From: Dehalococcoidia bacterium | GTDB taxonomy: Bacteria; Chloroflexota; Dehalococcoidia; Lucifugimonadales; UBA3495 | Assembly: GCA_034428635.1 (NCBI GenBank) | Contig: DAOUHR010000156.1 | Span: 11,076-75,075, forward strand | DNA length: 64,000 nucleotides | Direction of reading: 5' to 3' | Shown here: piece by piece, positions 17,598 through 28,401 of the stretch | Numbering within the stretch: position 1 is the first letter of the stretch | Layout: every line of letters starts with the position of its first letter | The notes under the pieces: generated by a model | The model's input: the letters and a program-made list of their open reading frames with translations, nothing else | What the model was told of the DNA's origin: nothing | The model's database searches: none | Translations under genes and position numbers: made by a program

Positions 17598-18662
17598 CTA
17601 ACCCAGTGGCAGCGCCGGGTCAATATCCAGCTCCAGCCCGAACTCTTCGCCCCGGTCGTACTGGAAATAGGCGCAGGCCGCAATCATCGCGCCGTTGTCT
17701 GTGCATAGTACCGGCGGAGGAATTATCACCGGCAGGGTGGACGCGCTGGTAATCTCTGCCCTCAGCCTGGCGTTGGCGGTCACTCCTCCGCCCAGGACTA
17801 TTCCCCTGGCCTTGTAGCGGCGCGCCATTTCCAGGGTCTTGACCACCATCACTTCCACCACCGCCTCCTGGAAATTGGCGGCCATCTCCCCCACCTGCCG
17901 GTCAACCTTTTCCTGCAACTCCTTTGTTTTCTGCGCTTCCGGATCGCCCGGGTAAAGGCCCTCCGCTTGCGCCAGGTGAAGCAGTGCCGTCTTCACCCCG
18001 CTGAAGCTGAAGTCCAGTGTGTCTCGCATCCATGCGCGGGGCAGGGCAGGAAGCTCGGTTCCATCGTGGCCCTGCGATGCCTTCTGAATTTCGGGCCCGC
18101 CGGGAAAGCCCAGTCCCAATATTCGGGCCGCTTTGTCAAAGGCCTCGCCGGCCGCGTCGTCCCGCGTGCGACCCACCAGCCGGTACACGCCATGCCCCTC
18201 CATCAGTATCAGGTCGGTATGCCCGCCCGAAGCCACCAGGCAGGCGAGCGGAAAGCCCGGGTCATCTTCAGGGTGATCTTCATCTCCCCGCGACAACCAC
18301 GAAGCGTAAATGTGGCCTTCCAGGTGGTTGACGCCGACCAGAGGTTTCCCCAGGGATAAGGACAGGGCTTTGGCCGTATTCAGTCCTGTAATCAGCGATC
18401 CAGCCAGCCCCGGGCCGTAGGTTGCCGCCACCACGTCAATTTCGGCAAGGTCAACGCCGCTGTCTGCCAGGGCCTTCTCCAATGCCGGCGCCATATCCCT
18501 GATATGCTGCCTGGACGCCACCTCCGGAACTACCCCTCCATAGGGAGCGTGAAGTTCCACCTGAGAAGATACAATGTTGGAAAGCAACCGCCGCCCGTCC
18601 TCCACCACTCCCACTGCGGTTTCATCGCAGGAAGTCTCAATGCCCAGAACCCTCAGTCCCAT
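17598..18662 (-). CDS. tsaD: tRNA N6-adenosine threonylcarbamoyltransferase
   Basis: MGLRVLGIETSCDETAVGVV...HLEGHIY...SGGHT is the canonical TsaD/Kae1 pattern. Confidence 0.95.
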   Translation of the reverse strand: MGLRVLGIETSCDETAVGVVEDGRRLLSNIVSSQVELHAPYGGVVPEVASRQHIRDMAPALEKALADSGVDLAEIDVVAATYGPGLAGSLITGLNTAKALSLSLGKPLVGVNHLEGHIYASWLSRGDEDHPEDDPGFPLACLVASGGHTDLILMEGHGVYRLVGRTRDDAAGEAFDKAARILGLGFPGGPEIQKASQGHDGTELPALPRAWMRDTLDFSFSGVKTALLHLAQAEGLYPGDPEAQKTKELQEKVDRQVGEMAANFQEAVVEVMVVKTLEMARRYKARGIVLGGGVTANARLRAEITSASTLPVIIPPPVLCTDNGAMIAACAYFQYDRGEEFGLELDIDPALPLG

Positions 18663-18800
18663 GGTCTTTCCTTCTGCAGTTTACTGGACTCATACCGGCC
18701 GGCGAAAAAACAGTCGTGTCTTCTCCAAAAGCCGGCCAAATAAAACGTCTATCAATGCGAATCCATCTCATACTAATTTCACCACTGGCAACGGTCAACT

Positions 18801-18829
18801 TTGCATTGAAATTGTCCCAATGCTATCAT
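18801..18829 (+). promoter_or_regulatory. Sigma70-like promoter TTGCAT-N17-TATCAT
   Basis: TTGCAT at 18801-18806, a 17-nt spacer, then TATCAT at 18824-18829, about 80 nt upstream of ATG 18911. Confidence 0.4.
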
Positions 18830-18910
18830 CCATTCCATTGAGGCATTATCGCCTTTATCCAGGACACCAAACATAACCATCAAAGTTTCAGGAGGCCTAA
18901 GGGTTTCAAA

Positions 18911-20194
18911 ATGGAGTCAGAGGATTTAGGCAAGTTAGCTCTCCTCGTCGTTTGCCTCGGTTTATCCGCATTCTTCTCCTCTTCGGAGACCGCCTTCATC
19001 GCCCTGTCCAGGGCCAGACTGCTTCACCTCATCAGCATCGGCCGGCGCAACGCCAGGGTTGTGGAACGCCTGATATCCCATCCCGAAAGGCTGCTCGCCA
19101 CGGTCCTGCTAAGCAATAACCTGGTAAACACCGCCGCTGCCTCCCTGGGTACCGCCATAGCCCTGAATATGATCGAAAACGAGGGTCTGGCGGTCATAGT
19201 CTCCACCGTGGGCGTAACCCTGCTTCTTCTCATTTTTAGCGAGACTTTACCCAAGACCGTGGCCTGGAACCGGGCGGAAATGCTGGCATTTGCCTACGCC
19301 AGACCTCTCACTATGGTGGAACTTGCCCTTTCCCCCGGCGTACGGGTACTCCAGGCCATCACCAACGCCTTTACCCGCATTATGGGCATCACCAACTCCA
19401 CCGCAGAAGTCAGCGAGGGCGAAATTCGCACCCTGATTGAAGTAGGGGCCCAGACTGGCGCAGTGGAACAGACCGAGGCAGAACTTCTCAACAAGGTCTT
19501 CAGGTTCGGCGACCAGAAGGTCCAGGAAATAATGACTCCCAGGACCGAGATTGTATGGGTGGAACAGGGCATGTCCCTGCAGAACTTCCTGGCTCTGTAC
19601 GCCCAGTACAACCACACCCGCTTCCCAGTCTATGCTGGGGACACGGAGAACGTAGTTGGCATCCTCTCCAACAAGGATGTGCTTCTCGCCCTGGGAAGAG
19701 GCCAAATGGAGCTGGAAGACAGCGTTACTGATTTGCTGCGGGATGCCTACTTCGTTCCGGAAACCAAGACGGTAGCGGACACGTTCTCCGAAATGCAAGA
19801 GGGCGGTCACGGCCTGGTGCTAACAGTGGACGAGTTTGGCGGTATTGCCGGTTTGGTAACCCTGAAGCAAAACCTGTCCGTAATTGTCGGCCAGGTTGAC
19901 GAAGAACGCGATGAGGAAGCCGAGGAGTTCTCGGAGATTGACGAAAACACCTATCGCCTTAACGCCAGCATGACCATCATCAGCGCCAACGAGCGTCTCA
20001 ACCTGGACCTGCCGGAAGGCGACTACCAGACGGTGGCGGGCTTCATATTGGACAGGCTGGGGTACATCCCCGAGGCCGGCGAAATTCTCGAGTACGGCAG
20101 CCTCAAGCTCACGGTCCGTTCCATGAACGGGGTGAGGATCGAGGAAGTCCTGGCGCAGCGGGTCCCAAGTCTTACCGCCGGAGAGACGCCGTGA
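18911..20194 (+). CDS. Hemolysin-family / CNNM (DUF21)-CBS-CorC_HlyC transporter-associated protein
   Basis: 427 aa. N-terminal 4-TM DUF21 region, a CBS pair (VQEIMTPRTEIVWV...VVGILSNKDVL), and C-terminal CorC/HlyC (YRLNASMTIISANERLNLDLPEGDYQTVAGFILDRLGYIPEAGE). Confidence 0.85.
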   Translation: MESEDLGKLALLVVCLGLSAFFSSSETAFIALSRARLLHLISIGRRNARVVERLISHPERLLATVLLSNNLVNTAAASLGTAIALNMIENEGLAVIVSTVGVTLLLLIFSETLPKTVAWNRAEMLAFAYARPLTMVELALSPGVRVLQAITNAFTRIMGITNSTAEVSEGEIRTLIEVGAQTGAVEQTEAELLNKVFRFGDQKVQEIMTPRTEIVWVEQGMSLQNFLALYAQYNHTRFPVYAGDTENVVGILSNKDVLLALGRGQMELEDSVTDLLRDAYFVPETKTVADTFSEMQEGGHGLVLTVDEFGGIAGLVTLKQNLSVIVGQVDEERDEEAEEFSEIDENTYRLNASMTIISANERLNLDLPEGDYQTVAGFILDRLGYIPEAGEILEYGSLKLTVRSMNGVRIEEVLAQRVPSLTAGETP

Positions 20195-20817
20195 AGTTCT
20201 ACCTGGTCCGCCACGGGGAGACCGAATGGAACAAACTGGGCCGCTTCCAGGGCCAGTACGACACCCTGTTGAACGACGCGGGCCTTGAACAGGCTAGGAT
20301 TATCGGCCAGGCGGCCAGGGAGTGGGACTTAACCGCCGTCTATTCCAGTCCCCTGACTCGGACTATGCAAGTAGCCAACGAAGTGGGCGGGCCCCTGGGA
20401 CTGCCCGTCAATGCCCGCGAAGGGTTGATGGAACTCGGCCTGGGAGAACTGGAAGGCGTGACCGGCGCGGAGATGCGCGCCGGTTGGCCGCAGGTGTACA
20501 CTACCTGGAACAGCAGTCCGGAGCGCGTTGAGATGCCCGGGGGTGAGTCGCTGGCAACCCTCGAAGAACGGTCCTGGAAGGTCATCATCGAACTCCAGGA
20601 ATCTCACGGCCCAGAGGACAACCTGGCCATAATTTCCCACAACTTCACGATACGGGCCATTTGCGGCAAGGTTCTGGGAATGCCTCTGGCCAATTTCCAC
20701 CGACTGCGCCTGGCCCTGGGCTCCGTCAGCGTATTCCAAATAGATGCCAGGGGCCCGTGCATGCTCACCTACAACTCTACCTGCCACCTGCAGCGGCAGA
20801 ATTCCCCCAGCGATTAG
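20191..20817 (+). CDS. Histidine phosphatase family protein (phosphoglycerate mutase-like)
   Basis: GTG start overlaps the upstream stop (GTGA). Contains LVRHGETEWN (RHG motif) and ISHNFTIRA. Confidence 0.85.
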   Translation: MKFYLVRHGETEWNKLGRFQGQYDTLLNDAGLEQARIIGQAAREWDLTAVYSSPLTRTMQVANEVGGPLGLPVNAREGLMELGLGELEGVTGAEMRAGWPQVYTTWNSSPERVEMPGGESLATLEERSWKVIIELQESHGPEDNLAIISHNFTIRAICGKVLGMPLANFHRLRLALGSVSVFQIDARGPCMLTYNSTCHLQRQNSPSD

Positions 20818-20829
20818 CGGCCGGGAACG

Positions 20830-22335
20830 ATGCCCGTCGTTGACCAAGTTGACCGAAAGGTGGCCGCCGCCCTCGAACGGGCCAGCCTGACCGGCCCTGG
20901 CATCACTCTGGTTGTTGGCGTATCCGGCGGCGCCGATTCTTCCACCCTTCTCTACAGCCTTCACAACTTGCGGGACTCCCTGGGTCTCTCCCTGCACGTC
21001 GCCCACCTCAATCACGATTTCCGCGGCGAAGAGGCCGACGAGGACGCCCGATTCGTCGAAGCCATGGCTCGGGAACTGGGCCTCCCTTTCAGCGTTGTAA
21101 AGCAGGACCCCATAGCCTACCAGAGCGAGAACCGCATCTCTTCCTTCGAGCAAGCGGCTCGGGAGATGAGATACCGGTTCCTGGCGGACGTGGCGGAAAT
21201 AGTTGGCGCGCCGGCAGTAGCAATCGGCCACACTTCCGACGACCTGGCGGAAACGGTGCTGCTTCACATAATGCGTGGGGCCGGGCTGCACGGCCTGCGG
21301 GGAATGACGGAAACCGCGCCCTGGCCCTGGCCCACCGGACTGGATACGCCAACCATCTTCCGCCCCCTACTCGAAACTTCCAAGGCAGAGACGGTCGAGT
21401 ACTGCAACGAACTGGGCCGCTCCTACCGGCAGGACAGCGGAAACCTTTTGTTCAAATTCACGCGCAATCGCGTCCGGCAGCAACTTTTGCCCCTGATGGC
21501 CAGTGAATTCAACCCACGGGTGCATGACGCCCTGGTCCGCCTCGCCAATACCGCATCCCTGGAGCTGGCCTACATGGAGTCGGAACTGGAACGAGTCTGG
21601 GAGCAATTGTTGGCGTCCGAACAGAGAGGCGACGAATTTTCTGGCCAGCCGCCTGCCGTAAGTCTGCGCCGGATAGCCTGTGACGACCTGCACCCGGCTA
21701 TCAAGCGACTGGCCCTGCGCCGCGCTTACGTCACCGTTAAGGGCGACGCCAGGCGTCTGGGTGAGAGCCATCTGCGGGCCATGACCGAGTTCACATCTCC
21801 CCATCGGGCCACCGGCAGCATCGACCTTCCGGGTGGCATCCACCTGCGGTTAACCGCCGAGGTAATTTCGCTCTCGGGAGCGTCCCCGACTGTCGAGTGT
21901 CCCTTTCCCGACCTGGCAGGCCCCCACCTGCTGCCACTGGAAAACATCAGCAGCACCAATGTCATTCATTTCCTTGGTGAATGGCAAGTGATATTCGAAC
22001 CTCTCAAGGCATCGGAAATTCCCGATCTTCGACAACCCGACGACTTTACAGCCTATCTCAGTCAATCAGCGCTGAATTCCAGCCTGACAGTACGAAAACG
22101 GGCAGATGGTGATCGCTTTCAGCCGTTAGGCATGGCGGAGGTGAAGAGGTTACACAATTATTTCATCGACGCAAAGGTACCCCGGGAGTGGAGAGACAGG
22201 GTACCCCTGCTGGTGGGAGATCGCGGAATCGCCTGGGTAGTGGGTTATCGCATCGCAGAGTGGGCAAAGGTGCCCGAAGAAAGGACACCGGACACGCCTG
22301 TGGTCCGGGTCCGTTTCACTCGGGATTACGAATAA
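20830..22335 (+). CDS. tilS: tRNA(Ile)-lysidine synthase
   Basis: PP-loop VGVSGGADSSTLL, HLNHDFRGEEADED, and a C-terminal TilS domain (DGDRFQPLGM...KRLHNYFIDAKVPREWR). Confidence 0.9.
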   Translation: MPVVDQVDRKVAAALERASLTGPGITLVVGVSGGADSSTLLYSLHNLRDSLGLSLHVAHLNHDFRGEEADEDARFVEAMARELGLPFSVVKQDPIAYQSENRISSFEQAAREMRYRFLADVAEIVGAPAVAIGHTSDDLAETVLLHIMRGAGLHGLRGMTETAPWPWPTGLDTPTIFRPLLETSKAETVEYCNELGRSYRQDSGNLLFKFTRNRVRQQLLPLMASEFNPRVHDALVRLANTASLELAYMESELERVWEQLLASEQRGDEFSGQPPAVSLRRIACDDLHPAIKRLALRRAYVTVKGDARRLGESHLRAMTEFTSPHRATGSIDLPGGIHLRLTAEVISLSGASPTVECPFPDLAGPHLLPLENISSTNVIHFLGEWQVIFEPLKASEIPDLRQPDDFTAYLSQSALNSSLTVRKRADGDRFQPLGMAEVKRLHNYFIDAKVPREWRDRVPLLVGDRGIAWVVGYRIAEWAKVPEERTPDTPVVRVRFTRDYE

Positions 22336-22365
22336 AGCAATAGGATAGTTATTCGACGCTGGGGG

Positions 22366-24426
22366 CTATAAATCCAGCTGCTCAGCCAGCGCGGCGGCAT
22401 CGGTAACGGGCAGTTGGCAGACATAATTCTGGCAGACGTAAGCGGTAGCCCTGCCGTCAACCATTCCACGGTCTGCCAGCAGGGGCATTTCATACGCCCC
22501 AGAAGCTCCGACATTTCCCCCGTCGCCACCAGCCCCAACCATCACTTTGTTGGGCAAGTACCGGCGGTGGACGGCATCCAGCAATGCGCCTGTATCCTCA
22601 CTACCTGGATCGCCGACAATGGCGATTTCCTTGGGCAACGAGACGTAGAAGTCCAGCACACCCAGCCAGTAGGCAGCGCCGCCCGGGGCCTGGGTCATCA
22701 GGCGACTGAGCGCGCGCAGTGGCTGAGACGCCTTCAGGTTGTAGTCTTCGTCGCCGGTGATAAGGGCCAGCCTCAGCAGCACCTCCGAAGCGACGGAACC
22801 GCCGCACGGCTGGGCGTTGTCGAAAACATCTCGAGGCCGGGTGACCAGGGCTTCATGCTCGGAGCCGGTGTCATAGAAGCCTCCGACTCCCTCGTCCCAG
22901 AACAGGTCGATCATCCGGTTGGCCAGGACCACTGACCGGTCCAGCCACTCTTGCTGGAAGGTGGCCTCATAGAGGGCCAGGTAGCCGTCGGCTACGCAAG
23001 CGTAGTCCTCAAGGTAACCTGGAATCTTGGCCTGCCCTTCCCTGAAGGTGCGTAGCAGACTCCCATCCATCATCATTTCCTGGTGCAGGAACCTGGCGTT
23101 GGCCTCCGCCGCTGTAAGAAAGTCGGTACGCTTCAGCGCCGCTCCTGCCTCGGCAAAGGCCCGCAGCATCAGGCCGTTCCAGGACGAAATAACCTTATCG
23201 TCGCGGAATGGATGGATGCGCTTCTCCCGCTCATCAAGCAGCTTCGGCTTGTCTCGGGCAATGAGTGCAGCCAGTTCTTCCTCGCCTATGCCGTGCTCCA
23301 ACGCAAAGGCTTCCGGACCCTGGGGAATGTTCAGGATGTTGGCCCCTTCAAAGTTCCCGGCGTCGGTTACGCCATAGAAACCGCCCAGCATGTTGCCGTC
23401 GCCCTCTCCCAGGACTTCCCGGATTTCGTCGGGAGACCAAACGAAGAACTTCCCCTCCACTCCCTCGCTGTCGGCGTCCTGGGCGGAGTAGAAGCCGCCC
23501 AGCGGATCGGTCATCTCCCGCAGCACGTAGTCTAGAATCTCCTCGGTAATGCGCTCGTAAAGGTCTCTGCCGGTTATCTGCCAGGCGTGGAGGTACAGCC
23601 GGGCCAGCAAGGCATTGTCGTACAGCATCTTCTCAAAGTGGGGAACCAGCCAGAAGGCGTCAGTGGAGTAACGGTGGAACCCGCCGCCCAGTTGGTCATA
23701 CATGCCGCCGTAAGCCATCTTCTCCAGCGTCATTTCCACCATTTCCAGCGCTCTTGGACTGTGGCCGTGATGGTAATAACGCAGCAGGAACTCTGGTGTC
23801 ATTGGTTGGGGAAACTTGGGCGCCGCGCCAAAACCGCCGTTCTGGTAGTCAAAGTTGGCCGCCAGTCGCGAGTAGGCTTCGTGCAGAATATCTACGGAAA
23901 GGAGGGAGTTTCCCTGCGAGATCTGTCCCGAGCGGCCCATCTGCTCCGTCAATTGATTCGTTACCCGCTCAACCTCGCCCCGGTTGGTCCGGTAGGCTTC
24001 GGTTACCGCCAGCAACAGTCGCGGAAAGCCCGGCATATTCATCCGGTCCGTGGGCGGGAAGTAGGTACCGCCGTAGAAGGGCTTGCCCTCGGGAGTGAGG
24101 AAGACGGTCATAGGCCAGCCGCCGCTGCCCGTAAGCATCTGGACCGCTTCCATGTACACCGCGTCCAGGTCGGGCCTTTCCTCCCGGTCCACCTTGATAT
24201 TGACGAAGTTGGCGTTCATCATGCTGGCGATGGCCTCGTCCTCGAAGGACTCCCTCTCCATGACGTGGCACCAGTGGCAGGCGGAATAGCCAATGCTCAA
24301 CAGGATGGGCTTGTCCTCGTCCCTGGATCGGGACAACGCCTCTTCCCCCCACGCATACCAGTCCACGGGATTGTGAGCGTGCTGAAGCAGGTAGGGGCTG
24401 GTTTCATTAATCAGCCGGTTGGGCAT
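22366..24426 (-). CDS. Thioredoxin-domain protein, DUF255/YyaL family
   Basis: 686 aa. [29 protein letters not shown]...[20 protein letters not shown], followed by a large alpha/alpha-toroid-like region. The start lies 1 nt after the thrS stop. Confidence 0.85.
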   Translation of the reverse strand: MPNRLINETSPYLLQHAHNPVDWYAWGEEALSRSRDEDKPILLSIGYSACHWCHVMERESFEDEAIASMMNANFVNIKVDREERPDLDAVYMEAVQMLTGSGGWPMTVFLTPEGKPFYGGTYFPPTDRMNMPGFPRLLLAVTEAYRTNRGEVERVTNQLTEQMGRSGQISQGNSLLSVDILHEAYSRLAANFDYQNGGFGAAPKFPQPMTPEFLLRYYHHGHSPRALEMVEMTLEKMAYGGMYDQLGGGFHRYSTDAFWLVPHFEKMLYDNALLARLYLHAWQITGRDLYERITEEILDYVLREMTDPLGGFYSAQDADSEGVEGKFFVWSPDEIREVLGEGDGNMLGGFYGVTDAGNFEGANILNIPQGPEAFALEHGIGEEELAALIARDKPKLLDEREKRIHPFRDDKVISSWNGLMLRAFAEAGAALKRTDFLTAAEANARFLHQEMMMDGSLLRTFREGQAKIPGYLEDYACVADGYLALYEATFQQEWLDRSVVLANRMIDLFWDEGVGGFYDTGSEHEALVTRPRDVFDNAQPCGGSVASEVLLRLALITGDEDYNLKASQPLRALSRLMTQAPGGAAYWLGVLDFYVSLPKEIAIVGDPGSEDTGALLDAVHRRYLPNKVMVGAGGDGGNVGASGAYEMPLLADRGMVDGRATAYVCQNYVCQLPVTDAAALAEQLDL

Positions 24427-24427
24427 A

Positions 24428-26194
24428 TTATTCCAACTCCTCTGCCAGCCTCGCCAGCAAATCGTCCAGGGTCAGTGCTCCCAGGTTGCCGCCCTCCCGG
24501 GTTCGGACGGCTACTGCGCCGTCCTCCTGTTCCCGGTCGCCCACTACCAGCATGTAGGGCACCTTTTGCAGCTGGGCGTTGCGTATCTTCAGATTCATTC
24601 GCTCGCTGCGGCCATCCACCTCGGCCCGGAAACCACGGGACTCAAGCCGAGTCTTCACCGATTCAGCGTATTCCAGGTGCCGGTCGGCAATGGGTATGAC
24701 CGTGGCCTGGGTTGGCGCCAGCCACAAAGGAAAGGCGCCGGCATAGTGCTCAATCAGCACTCCCAGGAACCGTTCCAGTGAACCCAAGATGGCCCGGTGA
24801 ACCATGTAGGGACGGCTGCGGCCGCCCTCCGCGTCCATGAAGGTCAGGTCGAACCGTTCCGGCAGGTTGAAGTCGAATTGCACCGTGGTGCACTGCCATT
24901 CCCGGCCCAGAGCATCCTGAATCTTGATGTCCACCTTGGGGCCGTAGAAGGCTCCGCCGCCCTCGTCAATGTCGTATGCCAGGCTACGCTGTTCCAGGGC
25001 GCGACGCAGGGACTCGGTGGCGTGATCCCACATCTCCGGTTCACCCGCGTAGCTGTCCGGCCTGGTGGACAGGAAAATGGAATATTCACTGAACCCGAAG
25101 GCGTCCAGCAGTTCAAAGGTCAAGTCGAGTACGCCACCCACCTCTTCCTCCACCTGCTCGGGCAGGCAGAAGATATGGGCGTCGTCCTGGGTGAATCCCC
25201 GCACCCGCATCAATCCATGCAGCACGCCGCTGCGTTCGTACCGGTAAACCGTCCCCAGTTCAGCGATGCGCATGGGCAGTTCCCGGTAGCTGCGCAAGGC
25301 GGACCGGTACACCATTATGTGGAAGGGACAATTCATTGGCTTCAGGAAATACTCCTGTTCGTCCACTTCCAGGGGGGCATACATGCTGTCCCGGTAGTGG
25401 GCCAGGTGACCGCTGGTCTGCCACAGCTGGGCCCTGCCTATATGCGGAGAATAAACGATACTATAATCGTGGCGGTAGTGGATGTCCCGCCAGTAGTCTT
25501 CCACCAGGCTGCGCACCACGCCGCCCTTCGGGTGCCAGACAATCAATCCCGGTCCGATTTCTTCATGTATGGAGTACAACCCCAGCTGGCGGCCCAGAGT
25601 TCGGTGGTCGCGCCTATCCGCCTCCTCCAGCCGGTTCAGGTAGTCATCCAGGGCATCCTGGCTTTCCCAGGCCGTCCCGTATATGCGCTGCAGCATGGGA
25701 CGGTGCTCGTCCCCCCGCCAGTAAGCGCCGGCGATGTTCAACAGCTTAACCGCCTGAATGTCCGCGGTGCCGTCCACGTGCGGCCCCTGGCACAGGTCAA
25801 TAAACTCTCCGTGCCGGTATATGCTCAGGGTCGTCTCGTCCGGCAAGTCGCTGATAATTTCCAGCTTGTAGGGCTGATCGGAAAATAGCTCTTCCGCCTC
25901 GCCCCGGCTGACCTCCTCCCGCACAAAGGGTTGCTGGGCAGAAATGGTCTCCCGCATCAGCGTTTCAATCTCCACCAGGTCTTCCGGAGTAAACGGGCGC
26001 GAAACGTCAAAGTCGTAGTAAAAACCGTCCTGGGTAGGCGGCCCAATTCCCATCTTGGCCTCAGGAAAAATCCGCAGCACCGCATCGGCCATTACGTGGG
26101 CCGCCGAGTGCCGCATCCGGTGCCGCAGGGCATCCGTGGAGTTAGAACTTGAGTGGTCAATGGCTCCGTGGTCCAGCATAGAGTTGTCCTGCAC
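24428..26194 (-). CDS. thrS: Threonine--tRNA ligase (short form without N-terminal TGS domain)
   Basis: 588 aa. HSAAHVMA editing-domain motif near the N-terminus, RDHRTLG, class II catalytic motifs and a C-terminal anticodon-binding domain. Confidence 0.9.
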   Translation of the reverse strand: MQDNSMLDHGAIDHSSSNSTDALRHRMRHSAAHVMADAVLRIFPEAKMGIGPPTQDGFYYDFDVSRPFTPEDLVEIETLMRETISAQQPFVREEVSRGEAEELFSDQPYKLEIISDLPDETTLSIYRHGEFIDLCQGPHVDGTADIQAVKLLNIAGAYWRGDEHRPMLQRIYGTAWESQDALDDYLNRLEEADRRDHRTLGRQLGLYSIHEEIGPGLIVWHPKGGVVRSLVEDYWRDIHYRHDYSIVYSPHIGRAQLWQTSGHLAHYRDSMYAPLEVDEQEYFLKPMNCPFHIMVYRSALRSYRELPMRIAELGTVYRYERSGVLHGLMRVRGFTQDDAHIFCLPEQVEEEVGGVLDLTFELLDAFGFSEYSIFLSTRPDSYAGEPEMWDHATESLRRALEQRSLAYDIDEGGGAFYGPKVDIKIQDALGREWQCTTVQFDFNLPERFDLTFMDAEGGRSRPYMVHRAILGSLERFLGVLIEHYAGAFPLWLAPTQATVIPIADRHLEYAESVKTRLESRGFRAEVDGRSERMNLKIRNAQLQKVPYMLVVGDREQEDGAVAVRTREGGNLGALTLDDLLARLAEELE

Positions 26195-26336
26195 TAAATT
26201 GGGTTATGCCCGGGAACATACGAACCAGCGCGGTCGGTTCTGGTAGCGCCACGCAATTATAACCAACCTGTCTTCGGAAAGATAACGGGTCTAATTCAGC
26301 CCGCCGAGGACAGCAGGTAAGGAGCCGAAAGTAGGA

Positions 26337-26981
26337 TCAAGACCCGTAGAACGCCCGCTTCAAGCTTTTTTGCCGGAAAGCTTCCAGCAGTTGGCCTCGA
26401 ATGGAAATCCCGTAAACCACCGTCACAAACAGTGTCAACCCCAGGCACAGAACATATTGCTGCCACCCCGGCCTCAACACCAGCCATTCCAGGTTCAGCA
26501 GCCAGGCCGCCAGGTACAGACTGTTCGCGGTGGAGCAGCCAATTACCAGCGCGACTATGGCGTTCTTTGATAGGAACAGCATAATCACCCCGGGTAAAAT
26601 TCCTATCATCGTCGCGGCCGGCGCCAGGACCAGGCAAATTCCAATCAGGCACGCTACGCCCTTACCGCCCCGGAACCTCAGCAGCGCCGTCCAGTTGTGT
26701 CCCGCGATTACCATGGGAGCGGTAACCAGAACCGCCCAATCCGGCAGCCCAACCCACATCGGCAGCAGCGTGGCCAGCGCCCCCTTTCCCGCGTCCACAA
26801 TAAAAACCAGTATGGCCCACCAGGCCCCCAGTTGGTGATAGCTATTTAGAGCGCCGGCATTGCGACTGCCGACCTCCCTGACATCAATGCCCTTCAGGTA
26901 ATGCACCAGGGTGTAGGATGGAGAAATGCAACCGATGAGATAGGCGGCCAGGCCGAGCAGAGCGATTGAGATCAGTTCCAA
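26337..26981 (-). CDS. plsY: Glycerol-3-phosphate acyltransferase PlsY
   Basis: YLIGCISPSYTLVHYLKGIDVREVGSRNAGALN...DAGKGALA...FRGGKGVA. I prefer TTG 26981 (AAGAGGAG 4 nt upstream) over the track start 27071, which adds about 30 non-homologous residues. Confidence 0.8.
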   Translation of the reverse strand: MELISIALLGLAAYLIGCISPSYTLVHYLKGIDVREVGSRNAGALNSYHQLGAWWAILVFIVDAGKGALATLLPMWVGLPDWAVLVTAPMVIAGHNWTALLRFRGGKGVACLIGICLVLAPAATMIGILPGVIMLFLSKNAIVALVIGCSTANSLYLAAWLLNLEWLVLRPGWQQYVLCLGLTLFVTVVYGISIRGQLLEAFRQKSLKRAFYGS

Positions 26982-27124
26982 GGGGCTCCTCTTATTCCCT
27001 GGCAGGTAGGGTATCCTGGCCCGCCAGGTCTTCCAGGGTTGAAAATGGCGAAAACTAAGCCATTCTACCAACCCCTAAATTTGAAGGCAATTCAATCATC
27101 CCCTTACTGTAATTTCTGGCAAAC

Positions 27125-27153
27125 TGGCAATCCCCTGTCGGTAACCGTATAAT
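27125..27153 (+). promoter_or_regulatory. Sigma70-like promoter TGGCAA-N17-TATAAT upstream of prfB
   Basis: TGGCAA at 27125-27130, a 17-nt spacer, then TATAAT at 27148-27153. Confidence 0.5.
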
Positions 27154-27226
27154 TGGGTACAAGAAATCGTAACAACAACCAGGGGCGCCGCCTCCGCGTC
27201 GATCGCCCCGGTTCAGGAGACAAACA

Positions 27227-28322
27227 ATGGAAGACCTAAGACAGGAACTGGGCGCCCTGGTGCAGAAGATTGATTCCGTCGTGGAGCGTCTTTGACCTCC
27301 CCGATAAGGAAGCCGACATTACCCGCCTGGAGCGGGCTGCATCCCAGCCGGGCTTTTGGGACGACCCACGCCGTGCCCAGCAGGAGATGCGTACCCTTGG
27401 CCGGCTCAAGGACACGGTAACTCTTTGGCGGGATATGGCATCCCAGGCTACAACGCTCCTTGAACTGACCGAACTCGCCACGGAAGACGGCGACGAATCC
27501 CTGCTGGAGCAGATCGAAACCGACACCATCCAGCTCTCCCGTATCCTCTCCCGTGAAGAAATAGCCCTTACCCTGGCCGGCCCCTACGACGACCGACCTG
27601 CCATCGTTTCAGTTTATTCCGGCGCCGGCGGCACAGATTCCCAGGATTGGGCGGAAATGCTGCTGAAGATGTACGCGCGCTGGGGAGAAGTTCAGAAACG
27701 CCCCGTGCAGGTTATGGATATGGCCTACGGGGATGAAGCCGGCCTGCGCAGCGCCACCCTGGAAATTGGCGGGCCCTTTGCCTACGGCTATCTCAACGCG
27801 GAGCGGGGCGTCCATCGCCTGGTCCGCCTTTCCCCCTACGACCCCAACAACCTCCGCCATACCTCCTTCGCCCAGGTGGAAGTCCTGCCCACTGCCGCTG
27901 AGGAGGAGGAGGTCGTTGTCCGCCCGGACGACCTGAAGATGGACACTTTCCGGTCCAGCGGCCCGGGGGGCCAGAACGTACAAAAGGTGGCCTCTGCCGT
28001 GCGCCTGACCCACGTTCCTTCCGGCATCGTGGTTTCCTGTCAGACCGAGCGTTCCCAGCACCAGAATCGGGAATACGCTATGCGCATCCTTACCGCCCGC
28101 CTCCTGGCCCGCCAGAACGTGCAGCGGGCTGAGGAGCTGGCCAAATTGCGGGGCGAGCGCATTGCCGCTGAATGGGGCAACCAGATCCGCAGTTACGTCC
28201 TGCACCCCTACAAGTCGGTTAAAGACCACCGCACCAATTTCCAGAGCACCAACCCGGACGCTGTTCTGGACGGCGGCCTGGACGACTTCATCGAGGCCTA
28301 CCTTATCTCCCAGGTCAGTTAG
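27227..28322 (+). CDS. prfB: Peptide chain release factor 2 (programmed +1 frameshift at 27293)
   Basis: ATG 27227 (AGGAGA 6 nt upstream) opens the 22-codon frame MEDLRQELGALVQKIDSVVERL, which ends at in-frame TGA 27293-27295. Shifting +1 after CTT (27290-27292) joins it to the long ORF (DLPDKEADITRLERAASQPGFWDD...SPYD...GGQNVQKV = SPF and GGQ motifs). Confidence 0.95.
27284..27296 (+). promoter_or_regulatory. RF2 autoregulatory frameshift site (SD-like GGAG, then CTT TGA C)
   Basis: gGAGcgtCTTTGAC matches the conserved bacterial prfB recoding cassette (internal SD, slippery CUU, UGA followed by C). Confidence 0.9.
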
Positions 28323-28344
28323 GGAATCTCACCGTCGCAATGCG

Positions 28345-28376
28345 AAGGGGGCAGACCCGTCCAGGCCTGCCCCCTT
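28345..28376. terminator. GC-rich hairpin between convergent prfB and ribBA
   Basis: AAGGGGGCAG (28345-28354) pairs with CTGCCCCCTT (28367-28376) across a 12-nt loop. The U-tracts are weak on both strands. Confidence 0.4.
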
Positions 28377-28401
28377 CAACTTTCTACTGCCGCCAGGGTT
28401 G

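Noticed and set aside
20329-21291. 320-aa minus-strand ORF; similar long shadow ORFs at 23587-24699(+), 24797-25888(+), 28162-29097(+), 30504-31640(+), 39008-40096(-), 45758-46798(-)
   Set aside because: Each is antisense to a gene with strong family motifs (histidine phosphatase/tilS, DUF255, thrS, ribBA, ribD, selA, VWA protein), and none shows a motif I recognise.
26195-26336. T-box or tRNA-mimic leader upstream of thrS
   Set aside because: The intergenic region is only 142 nt. A TATAAT is present but the T-box consensus (GGGTGGTACCGCG) and specifier architecture are not. The hairpin ACCAG-11 nt-CTGGT has no threonine anticodon-like loop.
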